From IMG/VR virus record IMGVR_UViG_3300037235_000083, positions 1 to 60,381 of that record: a stretch of 60,381 bases of DNA; one strand, given 5' to 3'. Position 1 is the first letter of the stretch; each line of letters opens with the position of its first letter. The notes below the pieces were generated by a model, which was not told where the DNA came from, made no database searches, and saw only the letters and a program-made list of their open reading frames with translations. Of the stretch, positions 36,424-45,398 are shown one piece after another. The translations under genes and the position numbers were made by a program. This DNA is from a virus (taxonomy: Duplodnaviria > Caudoviricetes).

Positions 36424-37808
36424 CGGGCGCCCCCGTTAGCCTGCGTCGTTGTGCTGAACTGCTTGGTGACCTCGGTCTTCAGACCTCGAGCCACGCCGGA
36501 CGCGTCGGTCGCCTGTGTGTTCACGATGATGGGAGCGTTGAAGTTCACGGTCCCGCCCGCTGCCGCGGCCGGCTGCGCGCTCGCAGCCGCAGCAGAGGGC
36601 TGCACGGCCGGATTTGCACTGGCGGCAGCTGGCGCGCCCTCGATGAACTGCTGAAACGGACTGCCGGCGAAGTTTTTATGGCGTTTCGCGAAATCCTTGT
36701 ACCAGTCGCTTTCGAGCACTTGTTTCTTGAAGTCGACTACTTCGCGCCCTAGTAGTCCACCGAGCAAAGCACCGCCGATTCGGCCCGGGATGCCGAATGG
36801 GGTTCCGACGCGCGCGCCGATGGAAGCTCCAGCCAGCTCGCCGCCGACTTCTTTTACATTGCCTAGCAGTCCGACAATGCGTTCGACGATCTGACCGATA
36901 CCTTCTAGCGTGTTTTCGACTTTGGCCCAGTCGATGCCATCGATCCATGCCGCGAAGCGCTTGGCGCCATCGACCAGCTTGTTAAAGCCTCCGCCCGCGA
37001 TCAGCCAGGTTTCCAGTTCCGTCATCACCCGCAGGATCGGACCCTCCAGCTGCGTAACGATCGAGGCGCCCGCCGTCCGGATCCGGTCGATGAACTTGTT
37101 CCACAGGATCAGCATTTCCTGCTGATGCTTGGCTTCGGCGTCGCTGAAAACGAAGAGCTTCCTTTGCTCTGCCACGCGGGCTTCCAGCGCGGCACGCCCT
37201 TGTTCGGCCATCGTGATGAAGCCAGGTCCGACCATCCCGCCGAGTAAGCCCTGAGCCATAACCGGGCCGATTTTCTTGACCACGTCGGCTAACTTCAGCA
37301 GTCGTTCCGTCGGGTTCTTTTCCACGAGAAACTTGCCGAGGTCTTCGCCAGCCAGCGCGAACGCCTTCGACAAGTTTTCCATGTCGGCCGGCACCTTGCC
37401 GACCGTAATATCGGCGATCTGCTGCGCCATGGTTCGAAACGCCTGGTCAACGTCGCCAGCCGTCGCGCCCATCTTGTTCGCCGCGCCTTCCCAGGCCGAC
37501 AGCGTTTCCGTCGACACGCCGACGTTCTTCGCCAGATATCCGACTGCGGCTCCAGCGTGGAGCAGGTTCGATGTGAACGACTTGATCGACGACAGGCCCA
37601 GGTAGGCCGTACCGATGGCAATGATTTCGTTGCGGAAGGAGCGAAACGCGGCGGCGGCCCGCTTGGCGTCGCCCTCCCACGCCTTGCGAGTCTTCTCTGA
37701 CGACTCGCGCGCGCGTTTCAGGGACTCATCGGTGTCCTTCTGGCCTTTCTTGTAGTTCGAAGGATCCAGGCCCAGTTTTACGATGAGCGAATCGATGACA
37801 GTCGGCAC
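36420..37808 (-). CDS. tape measure protein (short)
   Basis: MPTVIDSLIVKLGLD; helical and Ala-rich; follows the chaperone pair. Confidence 0.85.
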   Translation of the reverse strand: MPTVIDSLIVKLGLDPSNYKKGQKDTDESLKRARESSEKTRKAWEGDAKRAAAAFRSFRNEIIAIGTAYLGLSSIKSFTSNLLHAGAAVGYLAKNVGVSTETLSAWEGAANKMGATAGDVDQAFRTMAQQIADITVGKVPADMENLSKAFALAGEDLGKFLVEKNPTERLLKLADVVKKIGPVMAQGLLGGMVGPGFITMAEQGRAALEARVAEQRKLFVFSDAEAKHQQEMLILWNKFIDRIRTAGASIVTQLEGPILRVMTELETWLIAGGGFNKLVDGAKRFAAWIDGIDWAKVENTLEGIGQIVERIVGLLGNVKEVGGELAGASIGARVGTPFGIPGRIGGALLGGLLGREVVDFKKQVLESDWYKDFAKRHKNFAGSPFQQFIEGAPAAASANPAVQPSAAAASAQPAAAAGGTVNFNAPIIVNTQATDASGVARGLKTEVTKQFSTTTQANGGAR

Positions 37809-37811
37809 AGT

Positions 37812-38042
37812 TCAATCCTTGCGTTCGTAGGCGACCTGTTCGTTATGCCGGTCGACCACGATGATTTCGACCAGGTCGTACAGGTCTTTCACGCCCAGGA
37901 CGGTGTCCAGTTCGTGCTTGGTGGCCAGACGCGCCGAAATTACTGTGCCAATGGCCCGGGGGACGTTCTGGTACGAAGCGTACGATTTGCCGTCGGACCT
38001 GGGGCCGTGGCCGAGTTCGAGGGGACGGCGTCCGAAAAAAAA
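37812..38042 (-). CDS. -1 frameshift extension of the tail assembly chaperone (gpGT-like)
   Basis: T8 run GGTTTTTTTTCGG; the -1 frame reads FGRRP...YQNVPRAIGTVISARLATKHELDTV..DLYDLVEI..KD*. Confidence 0.8.
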   Translation of the reverse strand, partial: FFFGRRPLELGHGPRSDGKSYASYQNVPRAIGTVISARLATKHELDTVLGVKDLYDLVEIIVVDRHNEQVAYERKD

Positions 38043-38461
38043 CCGGTTTCCAGCCAGATGATTTTCTTGTAGAGCTGAGCCCGCGTCATCACTTCTTCGA
38101 TGTCACTTTCCACCAATGGAGCAATGCCGCCCGCGCCGCGCCGGATGGCGGGCTGGGTCCGGTCCGGCACGTATGAGACGCAACAGGTGAACACTTCATC
38201 CTTGATCGCCTTGGCGTCGGCAAACGGAACATGCCCCAGCGACATGAACACGCCCACGCCAGAAAAGAACCATTCCACCAGGCCCGCAAAGCCAGCGTCC
38301 TGCACTTCCTGTGGAATGTCGACGCCGCCCTTGGCCAGAGCCAGAAAGATGCGCAGCGCAACGTCTTCGGCCTGCGAGGCGGGCAATTCGACTAGGTGGA
38401 AGAGCTTGCCTTTGTCGCGCCCTTCCTCTTCGATCAGAACGTCTGCTTCCCTTCGAGCCAT
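37940..38461 (-). CDS. tail assembly chaperone
   Basis: GRDKGK.F...E.PA.QAE; lies between tube and tape measure. Confidence 0.8.
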   Translation of the reverse strand: MARREADVLIEEEGRDKGKLFHLVELPASQAEDVALRIFLALAKGGVDIPQEVQDAGFAGLVEWFFSGVGVFMSLGHVPFADAKAIKDEVFTCCVSYVPDRTQPAIRRGAGGIAPLVESDIEEVMTRAQLYKKIIWLETGFFSDAVPSNSATAPGPTANRTLRTRTSPGPLAQ

Positions 38462-38474
38462 TGCGCCCCCTTTA

Positions 38475-38906
38475 TCAGAGCGGACCGGCGAAAATCTTCG
38501 ACCAGGTGATTTCGTACTTGCGAGGCTGGAGGACCTTTTTCACGTCCGGTGTCGGCTTGTGCAAGGTCAGAACCCCCTTGGTCATCACATAGGAGCGCGA
38601 CGTGGCCGGTAAATGGATGGTCGCGCTCGCGAAGTAAAGCTCCTGAATGGCCTGCTGCGCCTGGTACCACGCTTCGAAGAGCGCGTTGCTGGCACTATCG
38701 GCCTGAAGCGTGTAGCCCTGTTTGATCGGCACGTAAACCCAGCCGGCCGACATGTTGCCGTCCACGCCCGTGAGGATTTCGGCCGAAGCGATTCCCTCGG
38801 AATCAAAAACGTCATCGGCGGCGAAACCTTGCAGCTGTTGCGCCACCGGGTAAAGAGCCGCGATCGCCAGCATGACGACCGAATTCGCGCCAGTGATGGA
38901 TGCCAT
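38475..38906 (-). CDS. tail tube protein
   Basis: ITGAN..LQGFAADD..GVDG..SAG..LQADS.S. Confidence 0.82.
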   Translation of the reverse strand: MASITGANSVVMLAIAALYPVAQQLQGFAADDVFDSEGIASAEILTGVDGNMSAGWVYVPIKQGYTLQADSASNALFEAWYQAQQAIQELYFASATIHLPATSRSYVMTKGVLTLHKPTPDVKKVLQPRKYEITWSKIFAGPL

Positions 38907-40871
38907 TTATTCCACCTCGATCGAAGCAAGCGTGATCTGCTGAATCGATCCCGCGTCGTTGTACCAGAACGTACAGGGGGGAGTCGTTCGATTCGCGCGC
39001 GCCGTGGGCGTCGCTGGAAGAATCTGCAAGTACCAGCCATTGGCCGACAGCACATCATCGATGCGCGTGCCCGCGGCCGCGTTGACTTGCGCGACCTGGG
39101 TTGACGACAGCGGCACGCCCCCGGCGAAGGCGCCGAAGTTAAGACCCGCCAGGATCGGGCCCGGCGCATCCGGAGTGCCAAGGCACGTGTTTCGGATCAG
39201 GGCATAGCCGGTCGTGTTGTACGGGATGCTGTTGACGTTGAAGAGCAGATTCATTAGCGCGGCCTGGAACGAATTGTTCAGCCAAATCTGGTCGACAAAC
39301 GAATCGAGCCATTCGAAAGGCCCCGTCACGGTTCCCGGGGCGAGCCCGATGAATTGCTGATTGGCCGTGGCCCAGGCACCGTAGTAGTTGTAACCGTTGG
39401 CCGCGAGATTGATGGACGCGGTCAGGTTGGTGACGGTTGGCGTCAGTCCGCTTGGGCTGGACTTGTTTGCGAAGGCGATGCGGCCGTTGGTGCGAGCCGT
39501 ATCGATCGATGCGATCGCGCCGCACACGAATGCGGCGATCGTATAGTCGACCGAGTAAATCGGGCAGGTACCAGAGACTTCGGTAGATTCGAGGATGTAG
39601 CCCAAGCTGCTGGTCGCGCTGCTTGACAGCGTGGGCGAGACGTCCGTGTCCCAGCAAATGTAGGCGAAGTTATTGACCGCGACCGCGCCACCCGCCCATT
39701 TGGCAAAGGCCACCTTTTGCGTGTTGCCGTAGCCGCCATCCGGATCGAAGAGCGTGAAAAAGCTCGCCCAGTTGGTGGTGATGTTCACCGCCGCGTTCAT
39801 GAATGCCGCTGGCGTGGCCGCGGCCGCGCCTTGCGAGGTCACGGCGCCGGTGGCCGCTGTCAGCAGTAACGAGGCCGAAAGCGTGCCGGTGGCAAAGCCG
39901 ATCGTGCCGGGCGCGCCGGGCGTCCCGCCCGTGAGCGTAAAGGCGCCGGACACGCTGTCGTAGGTGCACAGCAGGGGGCCGGCGCTGATGGTGGTCGCCG
40001 ATACGCTCTGAGCGCCGCCCGACGTGTAATAGGTCCCCGCGGCACCAGTTCCGCTGCCCAGCGCCGTGATCGTGGTCCCGACCGCGACGCCAGAGCCAAC
40101 GATGGTCTGGCCCACCGCCAGAAAGCCGCTCGCCATGCTGCCGGACACCGTCATCAGGCCTGCCGACTGCGTAATCGCGGTGGAGGCCACGTTCTGAATC
40201 ACAGATACCTGATAGGTGCCAACCCCGCCGGCAATCCCGGTGAGCTGGGACACGATGGTGGTGCCGGCAGTGATGCCCGTGCCGGAAATGACGCCACCGA
40301 CCACCAAGGTTCCCGTGACCGCGGTGGCGTTCATCACGTTGCCGGTGATCGAAGCGGTGCCGGTCGTGGAACTGGCCGCGGCGATCGTAGTCGTGTTGGC
40401 CGTGACGCCGTCATAGGCGGCAAACGCGGTGGCGATGAGTGCCGCAGCATTCGAAAAACTGGTCGCCGCGGCCAGGCTGATCGAGGAAGCAGTCTGGACT
40501 TCGCCGTCGACCGTGACCGTGAGCGATCCGCTAAGGGCTTGCAGCTGAGCGAGCGTCATCGATGCGACCGATGCTCCGCGCAAGTACGCGGGCACCGCGA
40601 CGGACGGATACTGCGCAAACAGCATCGCGCCCGGCTTGGCGGTCGAATTGGTGAACCCGCCGAAGTAGATAGACGCCGCGGCCGCCTCGCTCGAGCTTCC
40701 GCCGAATGCCGTGCTGACCGCCAGGGCCGACGGATATGAGGCTACCGTGCCGATCGGCACGCGGGAATTCTGGGTCAGGCAAAGGCCGGTGAGCTGCAAA
40801 GCATTGCCGCCCGCCCCGATCACACCCGGAACGATGTTAACGAGTGCCGATGCCGGGATGGAAGATCCCAT
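38907..40871 (-). CDS. tail sheath protein (DUF3383-like) with beta-repeat insert
   Basis: IPAS..V...PGV, NGYNYYG, WLDS...QIWLN, WY.D.GSIQ. Confidence 0.88.
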   Translation of the reverse strand: MGSSIPASALVNIVPGVIGAGGNALQLTGLCLTQNSRVPIGTVASYPSALAVSTAFGGSSSEAAAASIYFGGFTNSTAKPGAMLFAQYPSVAVPAYLRGASVASMTLAQLQALSGSLTVTVDGEVQTASSISLAAATSFSNAAALIATAFAAYDGVTANTTTIAAASSTTGTASITGNVMNATAVTGTLVVGGVISGTGITAGTTIVSQLTGIAGGVGTYQVSVIQNVASTAITQSAGLMTVSGSMASGFLAVGQTIVGSGVAVGTTITALGSGTGAAGTYYTSGGAQSVSATTISAGPLLCTYDSVSGAFTLTGGTPGAPGTIGFATGTLSASLLLTAATGAVTSQGAAAATPAAFMNAAVNITTNWASFFTLFDPDGGYGNTQKVAFAKWAGGAVAVNNFAYICWDTDVSPTLSSSATSSLGYILESTEVSGTCPIYSVDYTIAAFVCGAIASIDTARTNGRIAFANKSSPSGLTPTVTNLTASINLAANGYNYYGAWATANQQFIGLAPGTVTGPFEWLDSFVDQIWLNNSFQAALMNLLFNVNSIPYNTTGYALIRNTCLGTPDAPGPILAGLNFGAFAGGVPLSSTQVAQVNAAAGTRIDDVLSANGWYLQILPATPTARANRTTPPCTFWYNDAGSIQQITLASIEVE

Positions 40872-40884
40872 GGGGTAACTCCGT

Positions 40885-41430
40885 TTAGTGGTACGTTGCT
40901 TCGACTGAAACCACGTTGATCTTCACGCCGGTCGTGAAGTCCTGCGGGACCGTCACGATCGGATTGCACTGAAGGATGCAGGCGATCACCCAGCGCTCTT
41001 CCACCTGTTGCTCCGCATTCGTATACGGAATCTGGTGCGGCGGCTCGCCGGTGTGCAGCGGAGTAACGTCAAAGCCGCTGGTCGCGAACTGCTGGCAGCC
41101 CCAATCGCTGCGAAAGAGCGTCACGATCGCCTGAGTGTTGTCGCCGCTGGCGGGCCCGTGCACGTCGAGCTGCACCGTCACGATGGCCGGATCGCGGATC
41201 GCCAGCGTGCTGGGCGCGCTCGGATAGCCATCCGTGTACGTGTCGGTGTTCGTCTCGATGCGTTCGGCGAACATGAACGTCATTTCGACGAAATTGACCG
41301 CTTCTGGTTCGGGAACGCGGTTGTCCTGGCCGGCCACCACCGGGGTGCCAGGGGGTAGAACGGCCAGCAGGAAGCTGCGCAGCGCCGCGAGTGTCTGTTC
41401 CTCGGTCAGGCTGACGGTCGGGGCGCCCAT
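40885..41430 (-). CDS. neck/tail terminator protein
   Basis: GQDNRVPEP..QLDVHGP..LFRS..EQQ.E.RW. Confidence 0.75.
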   Translation of the reverse strand: MGAPTVSLTEEQTLAALRSFLLAVLPPGTPVVAGQDNRVPEPEAVNFVEMTFMFAERIETNTDTYTDGYPSAPSTLAIRDPAIVTVQLDVHGPASGDNTQAIVTLFRSDWGCQQFATSGFDVTPLHTGEPPHQIPYTNAEQQVEERWVIACILQCNPIVTVPQDFTTGVKINVVSVEATYH

Positions 41431-41456
41431 CTACTAGATTTAATTCGTATTTAAAT

Positions 41457-42029
41457 CTAGACGTGCCGGCCAGGCCAGATCATGTTCGGGCTGATTGCGG
41501 TGGCCGCCTGCGGCGACTCATTGCCGGGGACCGTGTTAGGTTGCTGCTGATCCGGCAGCATCTTTTGCGGGGGCGGTTCGTCCTGCGCGCCGTCCGGACC
41601 CTTGGCGGTTGCCGCGTTGTCGACGCTGATCGTTTCATCTTCGTTGAACCAGGCCAGCCGTTGACCCACATCACTTTGAGCCGGTGGACCTTTGGGCGCT
41701 TCACCGCTTTTGGCCGCCTCACCGGACATGGGATCCGACGCGGGTGCCTTCTTCGCTGGCTCAGCCGCTCGCGCTTTTGCTTGCGCTTCGCTCTTCTGTT
41801 TTTGCTCGACTTGCATTTTCAGAGACGTCATGGCCGCAGAGGGCGGCGAACTACCACCGCCAGAACCAAACCGACCTTGCTCGTCGCGCTGTTGCTCTGC
41901 GTCCATGGCATCGATGCCGCTGATCGTGCCTTTGTTCGCGCTCGCGTAGAGCACCTGTTCGCCTTTTTCCTTGCCGTACTGGTCCTGCATCGCGCTCTTG
42001 ATTTCCTCGCCCTTCGAGGTCAGTGGCAT
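41457..42029 (-). CDS. putative internal head protein (modular, low complexity)
   Basis: MPLTSKG..YG.EKG..V.YAS.NKG.I.G module, then AMD-AEQQRDEQGRFGSGGG. Confidence 0.7.
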   Translation of the reverse strand: MPLTSKGEEIKSAMQDQYGKEKGEQVLYASANKGTISGIDAMDAEQQRDEQGRFGSGGGSSPPSAAMTSLKMQVEQKQKSEAQAKARAAEPAKKAPASDPMSGEAAKSGEAPKGPPAQSDVGQRLAWFNEDETISVDNAATAKGPDGAQDEPPPQKMLPDQQQPNTVPGNESPQAATAISPNMIWPGRHV

Positions 42030-42031
42030 TT

Positions 42032-42186
42032 TTAGCTCCAATGAATACGGCCGACCAACTCACTTAGAAGCCAGCAGGCGAGGCCCGCCCAGCCCAGCGA
42101 CACACGCGCCGACGCCACGTTCACGGCAGCCAGGATCAGCAAAACGAGCGCGGCCACTTGCAGGATCAGGGTTGCGGTGATCATGG
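42032..42186 (-). CDS. small two-TM protein
   Basis: LILQVAALVLLILAAVNV..VSLGWAGLACW. Confidence 0.6.
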
Positions 42187-42207
42187 GAGATTTTCCTTTC
42201 TCCATAT

Positions 42208-42588
42208 CTAGTCGTTCTGCTGGGTAACTCCGACCTTGGTCCAGCCAGCGGTTTCGGACCAGTTCTCGAGCACGATCGCCACAAGCCACCCCGTACCGTC
42301 CGGGAGAGTGATGAGGTCGCCGCCCTTTACGTCCGGGCGACTGACGCCCTGAATGTTCCCGCTGATGTACATCGCTAGGCGCACACCTTGCAGGTTCAGG
42401 CCTTGGATCTGGGCTAGGTCTTTCCAGGACAGTGCTTGCGCCTGAATCTGAACGGACACCGGCGCCGCGTAATTCGGAGCACGCTTACCCGATGCGTTCT
42501 GCTGGGACCCGGTCGATTGCTGCCACTGGCCGATCACCCACGGATTTACCTTGGATACGTAGGGCGCGGCGATCTGATGCAGGTTCAA
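42208..42588 (-). CDS. head closure / head-tail adaptor
   Basis: NLH..A...VNP...G.R.P.Y..Q.QAL...GGDL...WLV..VLE.W..W. Confidence 0.75.
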   Translation of the reverse strand: MNLHQIAAPYVSKVNPWVIGQWQQSTGSQQNASGKRAPNYAAPVSVQIQAQALSWKDLAQIQGLNLQGVRLAMYISGNIQGVSRPDVKGGDLITLPDGTGWLVAIVLENWSETAGWTKVGVTQQND

Positions 42589-42959
42589 GCGGCGTCCCCA
42601 TTCGTTACGAAACCGTGCCATCCGCAACCGCCGCCTGTCAAGGCGACGCTACGGCTGCGAGTCTCTGACGGCACGAAGGTCAGATCCGCTAATCCAGTCC
42701 CTTGCGTCACCCAGCGGCCTGGACCAGGCCGCGCGTCATCCGGTACTTTGCCGACGAACCAACAGACCACGGCATGCGTGCCAGGACGTCCGCCATTGGA
42801 CGCAAAGCACTTCGGGCACAGGAACCAGACCCCGTCCGCTTCGGCCAGCGTATCGACCCATTTCTGGCCGCCGTTCTGGTAGACCTCGCCGTTTTCAGCA
42901 ACCCAGCCGGGAGGCAAATACCGCAGGAAGTGCGCTTCCAGATCGGGAACGAGCCTCAC
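42585..42959 (-). CDS. DUF6527-like protein
   Basis: FLCPKC..H..W..G....LT..PS...C.WHGFVTNG. Confidence 0.65.
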   Translation of the reverse strand: MRLVPDLEAHFLRYLPPGWVAENGEVYQNGGQKWVDTLAEADGVWFLCPKCFASNGGRPGTHAVVCWFVGKVPDDARPGPGRWVTQGTGLADLTFVPSETRSRSVALTGGGCGWHGFVTNGDAA

Positions 42960-43273
42960 ACGGCCCGCCAGACGCCGCGCTCAAGAAACCCGTGCCAGAG
43001 TTCCTGTTTCGGCCGGCCAAGATCGGCCCGCGCCGGAATGCTGATCAGGATCGAGGGCGACACCGTGATCGTGCCGTCTTCGTGTTCAACGACCTTGTGC
43101 CCGCGCAGGTTGCAATGGTGCCCATCGGGCGTCACGCCCATCCAGCCGGCCGCTCCCGGGTGAGTCTTGGCCACCCCTTCGCCAATGTGCCCGTAATCGC
43201 CTGGCTCGAGGTTTGGCAGCCAGCCGTCTTCCTTCGGGTAGACGCGACGACCGATTACGGGAGTGATGATCAT
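42956..43273 (-). CDS. DUF6527-like protein (paralog)
   Basis: H...EHEDGTITVSPSILI...WHGFLERGVW. Confidence 0.65.
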   Translation of the reverse strand: MIITPVIGRRVYPKEDGWLPNLEPGDYGHIGEGVAKTHPGAAGWMGVTPDGHHCNLRGHKVVEHEDGTITVSPSILISIPARADLGRPKQELWHGFLERGVWRAV

Positions 43274-43455
43274 GTGAATAGCTTGAGCTGATCGCCGCGA
43301 ACCTCACCGCGCTGCCAAGCGTCGAAGCGCTCGAAAAAGCTAGCTGGCTCGCTATCGCGGCGATGACAACGGCAATGGCAAGCCACGGTCGACAAACTGC
43401 GCTGCACGGCGCAGCGCCAAGCGTCAGAGAACATGCACCCGCAAGGCATTGCCAT
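43270..43455 (-). CDS. small Cys-rich protein
   Basis: CGC...C...CHCRCH. Confidence 0.5.
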   Translation of the reverse strand: MAMPCGCMFSDAWRCAVQRSLSTVACHCRCHRRDSEPASFFERFDAWQRGEVRGDQLKLFT

Positions 43456-43456
43456 T

Positions 43457-43999
43457 TCAAATGACCTCGAAGTCGACCGAATCGAGCAGATGGCCGGAAT
43501 CGACCAGCGGTTTCGTCGACACGCCCCCGGCACTCTCGCCAGCCGCTACGCGCGCGGCCGCCTCGCCCACCACGCGGCCTGTAACGACAAGGGCCTGGTT
43601 GTCGGATTTCATCTTGCGCAGCATCAGCGTCACCGGCGACAGGCTCGGTGTGTTGGTGTCGACGATCGATTGCTGCAATTCGCCGCGGATCTGCTCGCCT
43701 AGTAGGGCCAGCGCGCGCGACGCATCGAACTTGTTCGCCTTCAGAAGTTTCCCCAGGTCCGGGCCCCAGTGCGGGCTCTCGGCCTTCACCATCGTACGGA
43801 AGTAGGGGCGCGGCGGAATGCTGGCTCGAGGCGCCCCGAATTCTTGAATCGCCGCAACCGCAGCCACCGGCATGCCAGTCGGATACGTCGCCCCGGCCAG
43901 AAATCCGACGTTAAGCGTCGCCTTCTTCGTGATCTGCTGACCCAGCTTTTCCAGATAGGCCTTGAGCTTTTCCCCGCCCTCGAGCGCCTGTCCCGCCAT
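43457..43999 (-). CDS. neck/tail completion protein
   Basis: VGF..GATYP..VA.VAAIQEFG...IPPRPYFR..KPLVDSG.L. Confidence 0.8.
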   Translation of the reverse strand: MAGQALEGGEKLKAYLEKLGQQITKKATLNVGFLAGATYPTGMPVAAVAAIQEFGAPRASIPPRPYFRTMVKAESPHWGPDLGKLLKANKFDASRALALLGEQIRGELQQSIVDTNTPSLSPVTLMLRKMKSDNQALVVTGRVVGEAAARVAAGESAGGVSTKPLVDSGHLLDSVDFEVI

Positions 44000-44003
44000 G
44001 GCG

Positions 44004-44231
44004 TCAGTGGTCCCGGGCAACGCGTTCGCGGAAAACCCGGAAGTTCTCCGCGAGAGACGTTGCAACCGCCTCGATCAGATCGCCGTGGGTGCAATGCAGC
44101 TGCCGGCAGGACTGATCGATCACGCTAGCTATCAGGCCACCGGTGTGCTTAACGCAGCACAGGCTGTCCGTCTGGACCAGGACCAAGCTCGATTCATCAT
44201 CCACGGTGACTTTGATCACTTCTCGTCCCAT
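44004..44231 (-). CDS. hypothetical protein
   Basis: Fills the gap; TGATG coupling. Confidence 0.5.
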   Translation of the reverse strand: MGREVIKVTVDDESSLVLVQTDSLCCVKHTGGLIASVIDQSCRQLHCTHGDLIEAVATSLAENFRVFRERVARDH

Positions 44232-44731
44232 CAGCGCACCTGTGGGTTGACCGGATCGCCCTGCCAGTAGTCGGGCCGACTGTACGGATACGGATCAAAC
44301 TGCCGTTTCGGGCCGACGATGTAGAAGAACTGCCGGTACGGGAGCGCGGCCACCCAGAACGCGACGCCGTACTTGGTCTGGGCCCAGAACTGCGGAGTGC
44401 CTTCCGGGACCTTGAATTCAGCCTGCACGGTGACGCTGCCCTCGGTGGCGCTGCTGATCCGGCCAACCAACGGGGAAGAAGGAGTGGTGCCGGAAGCGGT
44501 CGCCACCGGCATGTTCAGGGCCGCGACGTGCGCCGTGATCATGTGCAGGAATAGGTAGCGCTGGCCGCCGACGCTGGAATCTTTCACCGGGCTCGCGGCC
44601 GTGTTATCGCAATAGAGGCAAGCTTCGTTGAAGTAGAGCTGCGCGAGTGCTATGCCGGCCGAGGCCAGTTCCGCGTAACGGGTCGAGAAAAACGACCAGT
44701 CGAACGCGACCGATCCGGCCGGGGTGGTCAT
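44231..44731 (-). CDS. head-tail connector (DUF4054-like)
   Basis: F..RY.E..AHVA.L..VGRISSATEGSVTV..QTKYG..FW. Confidence 0.85.
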   Translation of the reverse strand: MTTPAGSVAFDWSFFSTRYAELASAGIALAQLYFNEACLYCDNTAASPVKDSSVGGQRYLFLHMITAHVAALNMPVATASGTTPSSPLVGRISSATEGSVTVQAEFKVPEGTPQFWAQTKYGVAFWVAALPYRQFFYIVGPKRQFDPYPYSRPDYWQGDPVNPQVR

Positions 44732-44732
44732 T

Positions 44733-45194
44733 TCAAGCCGGCCGGCGCGCGGCCATGGCTTCGGCGTCGATTCTCACGCCGGGCAGCGCATTCGGGTCCA
44801 AACGCTCCAGGCCCGACCTCGTCGCTTTGCGTTCCTTGGCCATGGCCTCTGCGCTTTCCGATCTTGGCTGCGCGAAGATGAGGCCGTTTTTGACCATGTC
44901 GGAACGGCGGTTCTGGTCCAGCCACTTCTCCCACAGTTCCTTCGGCACGCCTGGCGTGAGCGCGAACCCCTCGATGATCGGGTGAGCGGCCGCGCGGTTC
45001 TGCGGATGGGAAAAGCCGTTAATCACGAACCGTTCCGGCCGTTCCTGCGAAATCTTGCTCTTGCGAAACCCGCCCCCCAGCACCGGTTCGTCGAATTCGA
45101 CCATGTCGAAGACACGAAGAACCAGGCCGTGCGGCAGTTTGCAAGCGATCGTCACGGTTTCCGTCGAGTTGGTCGCCGGTGCTGTGGGTGCCAT
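44733..45194 (-). CDS. conserved virion-associated protein
   Basis: VTIACKLPHGL..G.ALT.GVP...W..W..SGLE.LDP. Confidence 0.75.
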   Translation of the reverse strand: MAPTAPATNSTETVTIACKLPHGLVLRVFDMVEFDEPVLGGGFRKSKISQERPERFVINGFSHPQNRAAAHPIIEGFALTPGVPKELWEKWLDQNRRSDMVKNGLIFAQPRSESAEAMAKERKATRSGLERLDPNALPGVRIDAEAMAARRPA

Positions 45195-45356
45195 GTGTGC
45201 ATTCCTTCAAAATGAGGGAAAATTTCGAACTGCAACCCGCGCGGGACACATTGCATGCCCCGCGCGGGCTTCTCCCGCGGCAGCGCGGGACTTCGGCGCG
45301 GTTCACCTGGACCAGTGGGCTGCCCGGTACTGTCCTAGGCTTTCGGCGCCGTCAAT

Positions 45357-45379
45357 AAAAAACCGCCCGTAGGCGGCGC
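45357..45379 (-). terminator. intrinsic terminator after the major capsid gene
   Basis: GCCGCC-TACG-GGCGGT followed by a T run on the minus strand. Confidence 0.8.
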
Positions 45380-45398
45380 ATTCAGCTTCGAACCGCGA

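Noticed and set aside
41434-41460. dif/Xer site interpretation of the AT-rich palindrome
   Set aside because: Only TTAAAT resembles the XerD arm; no 11-6-11 layout or XerC arm
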